Part shown: one piece after another, positions 39,932-52,120 of the stretch
How positions within the stretch are numbered: the first letter of the stretch is position 1
Layout: each line of letters opens with the position of its first letter
DNA from: Amoebidium appalachense
Taxonomy: Eukaryota; Protista; Ichthyosporea
Length of the DNA stretch: 64,000 nucleotides
Assembly: GCA_963693365.1 (NCBI GenBank)
Contig: CAVNZM010000011.1
Location: forward strand, 6,219,921 to 6,283,920
Reading direction: 5' to 3'
Position numbers and translations under genes: made by a program
Notes under the pieces: generated by a model
What the model was told of the DNA's origin: nothing
Database searches by the model: none
The model's input: the letters and a program-made list of their open reading frames with translations, nothing else

Positions 39932-40285
39932 GTGGCCCAGACCCACGGGGCTACCCAGGCTATGGCAGCCCTTGCCGCAGCATCGGCCCTGCACCCAACC
40001 CGCCGCCCTCGGATGGCATCTGACCCTGCACCTGAGGGTGCCGACGAGTCCGAGCTGACCACTGCAGCCTTCACCATGGTGCTGGCCAACATCAGCATCA
40101 TGCGTGACCGTCTCTACACCCTCGGTGTCCTCAACCGAATGATTCCCGACATGCTCTTCATTGGTCGTCGCTACACAGTGTTCATCGTGCGTGCCGGCTA
40201 GCGTGATACCCTCGTAAGCATCATCCAACGTGCTACCGACGCCACCTTTCTCGCAGACTTCGACCTTACGACTCCGTCATGCATA
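39932..40285 (+). pseudogene. Degraded GC-rich coding relic resembling ORF1 of non-LTR retrotransposons
   Basis: NISIMRDRLYTLGVLNRMIPDMLFIGRRYTVFIVRAG*RDTLVSII...LADFD with codon-like GC3 bias and one in-frame TAG at 40199-40201. The family assignment is recalled pattern similarity, not a search result. Confidence 0.35.
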
Positions 40286-40865
40286 TGAATGAGAGTATAC
40301 GTGGGTGATCAGGCCACTAAACTAAGACATAAACACGTGCAGAGTGGTGCTGGGCAATGCACGATGCCACAGCACTAACAGAGAGGGTAGTGTGGAGAGG
40401 TAGAAACACAGTTGCATGTTCTGTCAATCTACGTCTAATTTATTATGCTCGATTCTCACCTATTTATCTGCCGCAGGCAGATTCCATGAATACAGATCTA
40501 TCCAAAGGTATTTGCGCATCTGATTGGCAAATACTATGAATACTATAAATCTGACCAATCATATAATGACACGTACATGAACGGAAATCAAACTGCATTC
40601 CCCTCATACGGTCCAACCACAGACAAAACACCCGACTACACAGAAAACATGAAAAGCATGCACAACAATCGTCGGATGCGTGCTTTCCTCTCGCTATCGC
40701 CAATAGCTAAACAAACTATGAATACCACACGTGCCTAATGAATAACAGAGGGCAAACAAGAGCATGCCGGACATGTTTATGAAATAAATGGAGATAAAGC
40801 ACAAATAAAGTTTCGAGTACTAGACGAGTTGCGAGTTTCCTACTGATCAACCTGCTCTTTGTCTC

Positions 40866-41040
40866 GAGAGCTATTTTACTTTTACATCATGACGACAATC
40901 ACTAGATGACAGCTCTGTGTATTGAGAGCTATTACACTCTGACATCATGACGATACTCCCCAGGTGACCGCTCTCTGAGAGCTGTTACACTTTTACATCA
41001 TAACGAGAATACCCAGGTAACGGCTTTCTGAGAGTTATTC
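40866..41040. repeat. ~55-bp degenerate tandem repeat, 3 copies
   Basis: Units of GAGAGCT.TT..ACT.T.ACATCAT.ACGA...AG.T.AC.GCT. Confidence 0.75.
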
Positions 41041-41264
41041 TTTTCTTAACCCACATTAGTGAGGAATTTCAATAGTTAGCTCTTTCTAGATGGTAGGATA
41101 CTCTCCAGGTTAGGTAGTCTCCGGGGGGGGTATCGTACCTAACTATGTATGCTATGTGCTCGTGCAACCTGTGTAAACCAAAGATGTGCAACTAATGAAG
41201 AATCGTGCTGTGCACGTGCGTGCGAAATGCATATGCCAACTCGTGCACTATTGTTGTATATTCT

Positions 41265-41745
41265 GGCACACCCCTTACAACATTAGGGCACGAAATACTG
41301 CAACACAAAATTTAGCGAATAAATGTGCACCAATAGAAATTAGCAAAAAAAAATATTAACGAAAACACAATCACTCGCACCCCTTGTTGCATAGCCACAA
41401 ATATTCGCTCACTTCTTCTGCACCTTGCGCGATGACTTGTCGCACGTGTCCATGCCCACCATCTTCTTGCAGTTGTTGAGAGCTGCACCCCCAAGTGCTT
41501 TGGTGAGCATGTCTGCCGCCTGCTCATTGGTCGGCACGTACACAAACCAAATGTCGCCGCGACGGACGTGGTGGCGAGTGAGGTGGTACTTGATGTCGAT
41601 GTTATGCTTCGTGCGGTTGAACAACTCGGGTTTCTTGGCTATCTTGATGCAGGCCTGGTTGTCCTCGTGCAGGATGGTGGGCTAATACTAGTAGGAGGGA
41701 AGCCGCAGGCGGTAGTCAGTTTGCGCAACCACAATTGTGTGCCCA
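41265..41745 (-). mobile_element. Ty1/copia pol fragment (RNase H C-terminus) with 3' UTR and a possible PPT
   Basis: WLRKL...(frameshift)PTILHEDNQACIKIAK...RTKHNIDIKYH...VPTNEQAADMLTKAL matches copia RNase H motifs. The stop is at 41409. A purine tract AAGGGG followed by TG lies near 41270. Confidence 0.9.
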
Positions 41746-42164
41746 GACGTGTTAGTTGTAGTGTGTACACTCTGCTAGTCAGGCGAGAATAGTAGGGACT
41801 TTTGCCGTAAGTCAGCACTTTTCTTGCAGTTGGGGCCCTGGACAGCGGCTAGCACATCACTTGAATTGGTGTGAAGGCTTGCCTCCCAACGAAAGTCTAC
41901 TACTTCATTCTTTGATACGCACACACACACACGTACACGCGACGCGTGGCTTTACGCACTTGACTAGGCTCCGCTGAGAATCCTTTTACATCCCTCTTTT
42001 GGGCAATACCTTAACAATTATGTCAGTCAGCCTCCATACACCACGAAGATATCCCTAGTGTGCAAAATGGCACTGATTCGCTGTCACAGTTGGAATCAAG
42101 GCTATTCTTTCAGGATGAAACCTTAGACCTCAGGCTCCAGTTCATAAAAACTTGATGGGTTACT

Positions 42165-42540
42165 GATCATTTCCAAAAATCCAGTGAAGTCGAAGGGAGA
42201 GTAAGGCGCATAACAATAAACTTTGACCTGCAAAAATTTATGGCTTTAGGACATTTCTCTCAGAATGACATTCGCACGATGTTTTTTCACAAAAAACATA
42301 CTAACAACGTTCTTAGGTGCCTGGCCAGCACATTTGACATCAGGGAGGCCGTATTGGAGGGTGGAAAACGCACGAAGGCCAGGCAGGAAGGGAGCAATGT
42401 AATAGCGTGGGTTAGTGCGCTCGTACCCTTAGAACCAAAAACGGAAATCGCGCGTCAATCGGTCAGCGTTTATGCAATCCCTACTAAGAGGCACCTGTCT
42501 TTGCAAGTACGCACGGGCCAAGTACTTAGAGAACTGTGAC
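42165..42540 (+). pseudogene. Possible degraded DNA-transposase fragment (FDLQK-type, Sola-like)
   Basis: Open frame ...RITINFDLQKFMALGHFSQNDIRTMFFHKKHTNN...GSNVIAWV. It resembles the FDLQK...YY.RKL..N...GSNEI spacing of Sola-like transposases, by recollection only. Confidence 0.35.
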
Positions 42541-45500
42541 AAAATACTCCTGTGCACGCCCGTTCCAATGTTTTCCGAGCCCCTTTGCCTGCCAAGGATA
42601 GTGTGCAGAATCCCCGAAATGGTTTGGATAAGATCCCATCCCAGCCAACTGAAGGTGGGCAATTTCATTGTGATCACTTCAACATCTCAACGTGTGAAAT
42701 TGAAACTGTGTGCAAGGCTGTGCTTTGATTGCTGCTTGTACGTTCTTCGTTTACAGTCGCTCACAGTTGGGGGTCTTTGCCAATGGCATGTTTTTTTTTT
42801 TTCTTCATATATTTTGATTGCGTAACTACAGGCTCTCAGAATGTGAGTGACTTAGGTTGTTCGCCAATATAGTGTGCCAGTCCGTCTCTCCGTCAGTACA
42901 TCTAATTCTCCCTCGCATTCATCTCTACAAACTCTACATTCGTTTCCCTCGTCTTCATGTGTCCCACAATACTAAGGCCTATTGTTTCAGCCACCCAAAG
43001 GTCGGAATAGTTTGTTTAAAAAACGAGGGGGATTTGTCGAAACTGATTCCACTAATCCCAGCCTTTACCCCCCCCCCCCCCCCCCCTTCACCGTACACCC
43101 ATGTATTATACATAAACATTTCAGCTTTGCCTTAATCTCTTCCCCCCCCCCCCTCCCCCCCACACTCACAAAAAAAAAAGAAAAAAAAAAAAAAAAAGTA
43201 AAGAAAGAGACCAAAGAAAAGGAAACAGATGGAAAAAAAAAGGGGGGGGGGGGGGGGGAGAAGGGGGGAAAGGAAACAGAAAAGAACAGGGAAGCAATGA
43301 TCGGGTTCAATCGCATGACTACCCTTTTCCTGATTATTTTGTGCTTGGCATTTGCAGGACCCACACCTTTCACTCCCCAAACACAAAAGCAAAGAGGACC
43401 GATGCTGGGTAAGCCCCCCCCCCCCCTCTCTCCCCCCCCCCCCCCCCCCCCCATACACACACACACACACATCAAAGGACGAAAGGTAGGATATAATGTA
43501 AATTATGACAATTCCCGTTACATAACCACAGACTAAAGTTTGGGGGGGAGGGGGGAGGGGGAGGGGGGAGGGGGGGGAGGGGGGGGGGGGGACGCGGTGC
43601 AGCCAGGGCTCCATGTGCTGATTCTTGAAGGCTTCATGTGTTTGTATTTGTGCTGCGTGCGCGTTGTCGTACACAGGCAATCCGTGCTTGTATGAGGGCG
43701 AGCACGTGTACGTGGTATCGCCATTGCAAGAGATCACGTGTGTGCGCATGTGTGCGCATGTGTGCGCATGTGTGCGCGTGCACAGAACTTTATCTCCTCT
43801 AACCCTCCCCGTAACATCACTAGACGGCAACTGTCCGTGACGCTGCCACAAAGCTTGACCAAGTGAGAGTTACAGGCGGAAGAAAGCAAGGTAAGAGAAG
43901 AAAGAACAGATCAGGGAGGAACTGGTTATAGGGGGGAATGGGGAGGGGCTCAGGGGATGAGCTTGGGTGAAGGGGGGGAAGAGGGGGGGGGGGGGGGGGG
44001 GGAGGGGGGGGGAGGGTGGGGGGGGGGAGGGGGTGATGAATTCAGGGGTAAGCCTGCCAGAGGATGTGCGTGTGATAAGTACCTGGCGTCAGAAGGATTA
44101 AGAAGCTGTGCTCTCGAGCTGTCCATACTCGACTCATTGGGGACCACTCGCTGCCATGATGGGCATTAAGATTGATTTCCATGTTCAGAATTCAAGATAT
44201 GAGGGATGACACCATAACACCAACAGAAAAGTCGCTTGTCTGGCGAGTATGAACGGTGTACCCAGGCAGACAGAGCTTCCCTAAACTAAAGGTCACGAAG
44301 ATAGCAAAAAATGAAAGGAAGTAATCGTGGCGTGTCAGTGTTTAGCTATAGGGTTTGTAGCGAGCCACAATACGAAATGTACGATACAGAACGTGGCTTT
44401 ATTGGCTTTTCTTTCTCGGCGCCAAGCCTTATAAGGTATGGATTCTACAATCTCCATATACTCCCTGACATGTCGACCGTTCACCGTTTCAAGGGATTTA
44501 TTTTTTTCGAATGACTGGTACATATATTATGGTAACGATTAGATACATCCATATAGGAATTTCCTATCATATTTTTGCCTGTCTGTGAATGAGTGACGCT
44601 TAGGACCACTTAACCCATCGGAAACTTTGTGTAGTACGCACACTTACGGTCCCCCTAGATGCATAGCTCGCACAAATTTGCGACAGCAACCGTTACCATG
44701 CAGAACATGTAACAGCTACTTGTTTCAGTAGTAAGTAAGTATGGTCCTCCTCTCTCTCTTTTTTTTTTTTCATTTTCATATCCTCTGTTTTTATTGTCGT
44801 AACCGATATCAAGTCTTTTCGATGTCTCTTATAACGCTATATGTGCCGGGAAATGAAAAACAATCAGTAACGTGACTTGCAATACTTTCGCATGCGTCAT
44901 CACCTCGATTACTTGCACGAGCTGAACAAGGATATGAAATTTGCGCTATGAGTGAATCCGGACGCCGAAGACATGCGGATTCTTAAAACCTCGATAATAT
45001 CATCCTCACTTGAGGGTTGGAACAATATATACGTATACAGCAGTTTGTTGAAAATCTACATGCAAAGAGGCCTACACGGTGCGGAAAACTGTCACCTACA
45101 TATAAAGAAAACTGTTTTGTATGAAGCAAAACAAGAAATATACGCTTTTTATGGATGTGCGTTGACTGTTCCTACTTGTTCCTGACTAGTCGGAATGACC
45201 CAATCGACGCATTTCCTTGCCTAAATACACCCATGACCTTGTCGAATCACCTTGATCCTCTTTATCAATAAACGAGCTTTGGCTTACGACACAGGCAATC
45301 GCGCGATTTCTCTTGAGTTCAAACCTGTTTGCGGGGGATTTACCAGGAACCAATAGATGAGGGGCTTTGCTTTCCGACCAATCACAGAGCTTGATGATGA
45401 AAATTTCTTCGGTGACTCTATTTCTCCGTGACACTCGCTGCCGCGTGCGTGCTTTCTCTCGCGGCGGCTCTACGGTCCCGAGAGTCCAGTGTTCGCTGTG

Positions 45501-47704
45501 TGTGTAAGGAAAAATACGAGGCACCTCAGTAGGTGACAGCTCCTGCTCGTATGTGTAATATGTGTGGCGGCGGTTTACTCGCGGATGCATATCTATCAAT
45601 AAGTGTGACCTCTTAGCTAATGTGGCAGAACCGGAGGTTATGGGCGGCTTTATCCTCTTTTCTACTTCTCTCCCCCAGTACATCCGTTATATATGACCGT
45701 GCTAGATCACCTTATTAATGCTGCACAGTATGATATTGTGATACGGTGTCTTAACTTTCTCTCGGAGCTACCAATGCTAGCTTCTGCTTATCCATAATCT
45801 GTACTAGGGTTGTTTTATTGCATACAGTGTACACAGGTGTACAAAAGTCACTAGCTGCATTTGATTGGCTGCGCTGGAAAACGCAGCCGTACGCGTCAAG
45901 TGAGGCTGGGCCCCTGACGATGTCCACAGCAATACAAAGTGCATGGGCCCCCCTGATCAGAGGCACGTCTCATATGATTGGACCATTTTACCGCCCATGT
46001 AGCCTATTGCGTCATCCATTGATGTCTTGATCAATCATTCTTTGGGATTAATTAATATTGCCAAGGTTTATGCTGTGAGTGTGAGCCACAGGAAAGGCGT
46101 GTATGACTTTGAGCCAAGAGAAGGGATTTTTGCAGAAAAAAGTTTAGTCTCTTATTTTACTTTTATTAGGCTAGGGTTCAAATATGGCGCAGTATGGCAG
46201 TAATCAATGCACTGAGACTACGCTCTATAGAATGTCCAATCAGCTAGCTGGTGCTCCATGGATATATTTACACTTTCTATATTAGTGCCCGTCGGCCCGC
46301 GATGTACTCCGCGGAGTCGTGACTCGAGGTGTGCGTGCGCGTCTCCTACCTGCAGGATGGTACTTACAAGCCCATATATATTCCGTAGCTATACTTTTAT
46401 TCTGTACCACAATTTCGGAAAACCCAACCTTTAATAGTCACGGATGGGGCCTTGTGACATGAAAATCAAGTACTATATGATGGTGTGGCCGGTGAGTCAG
46501 TGACGTGACTCACAAGCACGGTCGACATCATTTGTACCGGATGATCATAGTTTATTTCTGTCATTCTGAAAAGCTTTTTCATGTCGTAAGATCTCCTTTT
46601 CTATATAATTAATTCAAAGTATTTGGGGATAGTAATTTGCCGATGTTCTGGCTTTGGAAACTGTGCGTGTGTGGATATATACATGGTCGGCTGCCGATTG
46701 ACTGAGATCGGTATCCCCCTCACCACATGTATCAAAAATTCGCTGAGCTAAAAGAAATGAATTCAAATGATATCAGGTCATCTTCATGGATGATTTATTG
46801 GCTTCATAAAGTTCTGCGTGTATCAATACATATAAATTTTTATCCCTTTTGTTTATTATTGAATTATATTATGAATAAGGGACGGTAATATATCGGCTAG
46901 TACAAATTGCGCTAGCTCTTAAATCTTAATGAAATCAAGCCTTAGCTAAAACATTTTCATGACTCCGTGATATGAGGGGTACCCGCGAATTCGTGCATCT
47001 GCCAGTTCAGCCCGCCAATCCGATTAGACCGACGAATCAGGGCACGCGCACTTCTCGGTGTCGAACCCCTAGATGCGGCTCGTAAGAAAATGCGGGGTGG
47101 AGGATTCAAAAATATCATGTCTTATCGTTTTTTCTCAAATTGCAATTTGGTCAATTATCTGGTATTGTTTACTTGTGGAAAACTGTTTAAAGTTTTAATA
47201 TTACGTAAAATACATGCTAACCAATTCACTGACAAAAAACAGGAAGGCATGTTGTATGGCATTGTTTTATGGCGTGAAATATTTTTTGGGGGGGTTTCAC
47301 CCACCGAACAAATTTTGAAGACCCTGTGCCGGCATGGACCACATGTCAGGCGCGCGCACTTCAGCATTTTGCAACACCGCCTCGCTCTTTTATGGTACTT
47401 TTCACTTTCTAGAATTCACCATAGAATTCACCGTTTGGCAAACGTTTTTGTTTCTTTTTTCGGTAGTGTATGCACATACGTGGGGTATTTGCATGATGAT
47501 CAGCTACAGTACACACAAGCTGGCTGTCTTTCGTATACGTATATGTACAAGCATATTATTGTAAGTTATTTCTCGAAACAGGCCCCCTTTTTTTGAACGA
47601 TTCACGATGGTTATCAACTTGTAACCTTCAAGCCATTACCAACCATCGTAGACTAACTTTCCCTTTTTCTTTTGTGACCTCTTGGCCTCTTACAAAGCGC
47701 AAGG

Positions 47705-49260
47705 ATGAGTGCTTTAGACGAGCGAGAAAGGCGGGTTCGACCTGATCATCATCACACGACATCCATGGACATGGACAGAGACCTTCACTATTCCTCATCC
47801 CACGCGTATCCTTCCGCCCATCACACACCCTCCACACATGATCCCCACACACAACCCCAGTATGATAGCGAGCGTGTATACCATTTACCCGATGAAAAAA
47901 AAACGGGAAATATGCACGTAAGAGACACTGATTACGCCCTCGACGTCTCAATGCACGAACGTGGGGGGGCGATTGTTGAATCGCGCAACATGCGCTACGG
48001 GTTGGATGGGGACCACCACAGACAGCAAAACTACGCTTTGCATCATGGTGCACAACGTCAAAATGCCCATTACGACGTCTGGCAGCAGCCGCACGTGCAA
48101 GCAGCGGATGAATTCAACAACATGAGCTCGAGCTCATTGAGCTCTGCCTTGTCTCCAAGCGAGCCAAGCCCTTACGACGGCCCAACTTTCATGTTTCCAC
48201 GGGATCAACGGCGGTCATCGGCGTATTCCGTCGATTCGTATGAGAGCGAAAAATGTTGCAGATGGAAATTCCTGCACACCGTGGAATGATGAGGCCATGG
48301 AAGATACTGAGCGCATGGGTTCGGGTTACGCTTTTTCCCATTCGGGACGGGGTGAGAGAGAGCGGGGTGCACCTTCGAGGGGGGGGGCAGCTAGGAGATA
48401 TTCGGACTCGAGTGTAGCTGCGTTGCAATCATTTGCAGTTTACATGGCTACTAGTTGCACTTTGGACGAATCACAGCAGGGAGACGGAAACGGCGGAACT
48501 TCGGGCGGTTTGTTTGAACAGGAAAGGGACGGGATGGGGTCCTTGGACCAAAAGGGGGGGTTTATCATGCACGACGGGTTGAGTTCGGTCGGCGGTGCGA
48601 ACGGTAAATTAAGACGCTCACGTACGCTTTTGACAACCATGCAAATAGAGGCTTTGGAGAGAGAGTACGTCGTGCAGGACACGCCGACGACGGAAAAAAT
48701 TAACCTCATTGCGTCCATGTTGAAGCTTGAGGCTCGCGTGGTGCGCGTGTGGTTCCAAAACAGGCGTGCGCGCAGGCGAAAATCCCTCCGATCAGTTCAG
48801 TCTACAGGGTCTGTCTCCACCGCACCGGCGCTTTCTCAGGGGGGTAATTCCACGCCTAGTGCCCCCCCGCGCACATTTTTAGGGGTGAACTCTCCACCTG
48901 CGCGACCGGAATTCGACCAGTCTGTGCACGTAGAAACCCCCCCACCGCCTGCGCAGTCTGGGAATTCGAATGAAGGTTCCAGGGGGGCCCAGACCCATTG
49001 GGGGAGCGGCAAGATGTTGAGAAAGTCGGCCACCACTTCTCTTGTAACGGTGTCCGTGTCCGAGCCGTTGTATGAAAGCGAAAATACAGGGGGGGCTCGT
49101 GGGGAAAAAAAGAAATAAGTTGCGAAAGACGCTGACGGCTCCCTCGCCTGCAACGCACGTGGGGGATTCGATACCGAGTAAGGATGGAAATTTGGAAAAC
49201 GTGCAGGGACCCCCACAGGCTGCTGCGCCATCACCGGCCATTTGGAGGCCGTTTGGGTAA
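47705..49260 (+). CDS. Homeodomain transcription factor (non-TALE, Q50), intronless, split by two probable homopolymer errors
   Basis: Homeodomain at about 48606-48788: RRSRTLLTTMQIEALEREY...PTTEKINLIASMLKLEARVVRVWFQNRRARRRK. ORFs 47705-48289, 48240-49118 and 49072-49260 join by removing one base in the A5 run at 48249-48253 and one in the G/A runs at 49088-49111, giving about 517 aa. Confidence 0.85.
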
Positions 49261-49488
49261 ACCCCCCCCAGTGGGGGCATTTTTGGTGAATGTCACTGCT
49301 TTTTCTCCCTCCTTTTTTTTTTAAAAAAAAAAAAACCCCCCTCGGGACTGATGTTGTCGAACCCCTTGCCAGCCTATTCCCTATGATTACTTACCATAAG
49401 CCTGGGGATGATTTTTTTTTTTTTTTGCTATTGCTGGTTGGTTTGGCTTTTTGGGTGATGAGGGGCCCAGGGGGGGGGGGGGCGGCGG

Positions 49489-49525
<37 letters not shown>

Positions 49526-50051
49526 ATCCTTGGAGTACCCAGTAACCGTCTGCCTTCTAAATAGATTTAATGGGTGCCAAGGTGATGTACAAGAGAAGTC
49601 TTCAGAGTATGCTGATTGTTGTAAAGTAAGTCACAGGTGGGCGAAAAATATTTCAACCTCTCACCCACCTCTTCTACACTGTGTATGTTGTACTTGAAAT
49701 TAATTTATGTTACTGAATATCTCGTACTCAAAATTTTATGTTAGCGGCTGCGATTATGCACCGAGATCAAGCTTACAGAGCCCATGTTCTAAAAATTCTT
49801 GCCGCACCAATATTTTCGAGATATTTCGCAGGGTTGCTCGAATGTGATTCATGAATCTGGATAGTTAAGCATTGTTTATACAACAAATTAACTCACGGTA
49901 CCAAAATACTTTATATGGCATCACACCAAAACACTTCTGCGTATATAGAGGCAGATAATAATAGATGTGTATGGGCAATAAAGCCTGATTGAAGTTTTGA
50001 AAAGTTTTAGGGTTTGCGAGGTAAATTACAAACCCCCCTCCCCCCCTCCCC

Positions 50052-50438
50052 CCGGGCATGGTTGCTCTGTGTCGTGCATCTGTAAGCACATACACATTTT
50101 TCGCTGCACTGCATTAGTTTGCACACACATCTTCACCGTTTTGCTCACCTTGCTTGCATAAGCAACCCTGCTCGTCTTTGATCAAGACGGGTTGACCCGC
50201 CCAAGCTCAGTTGATGCTGCTGTCTGAGTTGGAGTGTCGTATATACGCGGGCTAAGGGGTCGAAACTCAGACGCAATTGATGACTTGGGTCCTCCCTGAG
50301 GATGGGCTCTGCTTATGACGCATACTGTGCACATGGCTGATGTTGCATACTTGAATGTTTGCCTTTGCATGTGTCCTGCACCATGCTTCTCGTCGTGTAT
50401 GCGTACTTTGTACCGTGTTCCGCATTCAAAACCCCCCC

Positions 50439-50469
<31 letters not shown>

Positions 50470-50965
50470 AAAAAAGAAAAAAAGAAAGAAAGAAAGAAAA
50501 AAAAACACCCCGTTTTCCTCCTCCTCATCTAGCTCCCACGTGCGCACTCCCGCCAGCTGCCCTTTACCGAGCTGTCTGCCTTGTATTGTCCGTTGTGAAC
50601 CGTGTAGTTTGTGACTGTTACACCCCCCCCCCCCCCCCCCCCCCTCCCCCCGCTGCACTGCATTAGTTTCCACACACATATTCACCGTTTTGCTCACCTT
50701 GCTTGCATAAGCAACCCTGCTCGTCTTTGATCAAGACGGGTTGACCCTCCCAAATTCAGTTGATGCTGCTGTCTGAGTTGGAGAGTCGTATATACGCGGG
50801 CTAAGGGGTCGAAACTCAAGACGCAATTGATGACTTGGGCCCTCCCTGAGGATGGGCTCTGCTTATAACGCATACTGTGCGCATGGCTGATGTTGCATAC
50901 TTGAATGTTTGCCTTTGCATGTGTCCTTCGTGCATGCGTACTTCGTACCGTGTTCCGCATTCAAA
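50052..50965 (+). mobile_element. Two further near-identical copies of the ~380-bp structured repeat
   Basis: 50052-50431 and 50651-50965. Each is preceded by a C-rich tract and ends CGCATTCAAA+(C)n. Confidence 0.85.
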
Positions 50966-51032
50966 CCCCCCCCCCCCCCCCCCCCCCCCCCAACACACAC
51001 ACACACACACACACACCACCACCACCACCAAT

Positions 51033-51076
<44 letters not shown>

Positions 51077-51527
51077 AAAAAAAAAAAAAAAAGCTAAGAA
51101 AAAAGAAAAACAAAAAACATCATACGTGTACACAAGCATGCATGAAATGAGGACCGTATGATGTACACGCAATTGCAGGGCAAAAATTCTCGAGCCCGGA
51201 TATACGATATTCCTGCTTTTTTTATTCCTACCTTTTTTATTGTTTTATAAAAACTTTTTTTTGGCGCGCAAAAACTTCCCGCCCATTTTTCTATATTTGG
51301 CTAATTGTGCAATCGCGCAAAAATAATTGGTCAATATATAATTTTTTCGATTTTGCGATGTTCCTACTTTTTTTTATTGCTTTATTAAAACTATTCTCCC
51401 GATCACGTCGATATTTGTCAGCCACGGTTTTGCCAGAGGCTAGTCCGAAAAATAAAATACAAATGATATTCCTTCTTTTTTGGTTGTTTTAAATTTAGAA
51501 CTCCTTTCGCGCCAAATCTTCCCACCC

Positions 51528-51730
51528 AAATTTCCATATATGGGCTAATCAGTGATATCGCAAGCGAATTATTGGTTTACTAAGTGAATGCGATTTTATT
51601 TTTTTTAGATGCTGTATGCATGGTCGGCTGGCCCAAATTTCCATATATGGGCTAATCAGTGATATCGCACGCGGATTATTGGTTTATGCCATTGCGATTT
51701 TTTTTTTTTTTTTTAGATGTTGTATGCATC
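51528..51730. repeat. Imperfect direct repeats, probably internal to a DNA-transposon relic
   Basis: AAATTTCCATATATGGGCTAATCAGTGATATCGCA..G.ATTATTGGTTTA...TTTTAGATG occurs twice. A more diverged unit lies at 51265-51350. Confidence 0.6.
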
Positions 51731-51872
51731 GTCAGTGGGCCACACAATATTCTCCCGTACACCCCCTGTGAATTTTGTTATTTGCTTTGTCTCCTTCCTT
51801 ATCATTTTGCCATCAAAGATGCGCAACTTGGTAAGTCTTCAACTGAACTGTGCCGCCGTGTAGATCGGATGC

Positions 51873-51922
<50 letters not shown>

Positions 51923-51949
51923 CACTGTGTGTGTGTGTGTTCGCGTGCA

Positions 51950-52017
<68 letters not shown>

Positions 52018-52061
52018 GTTTTTGTGTGACTGTGTGCGCGCGCGCATGTGTGTGTGTGTAT

Positions 52062-52120
<59 letters not shown>

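Noticed and set aside
49110-49120. Euplotes-type +1 programmed frameshift at AAA-TAA
   Set aside because: The other frameshifts lack this motif and one is in the -1 direction. Adjacent G8 and A7 runs make a sequencing error the simpler explanation.
50255-50312. Hammerhead ribozyme in the repeat core (GAAA ... GTC ... CTGAGGA)
   Set aside because: A stem III can be drawn, but stem I has no room, stem II lacks the required G-C closure, and GTC becomes GCC in several copies.
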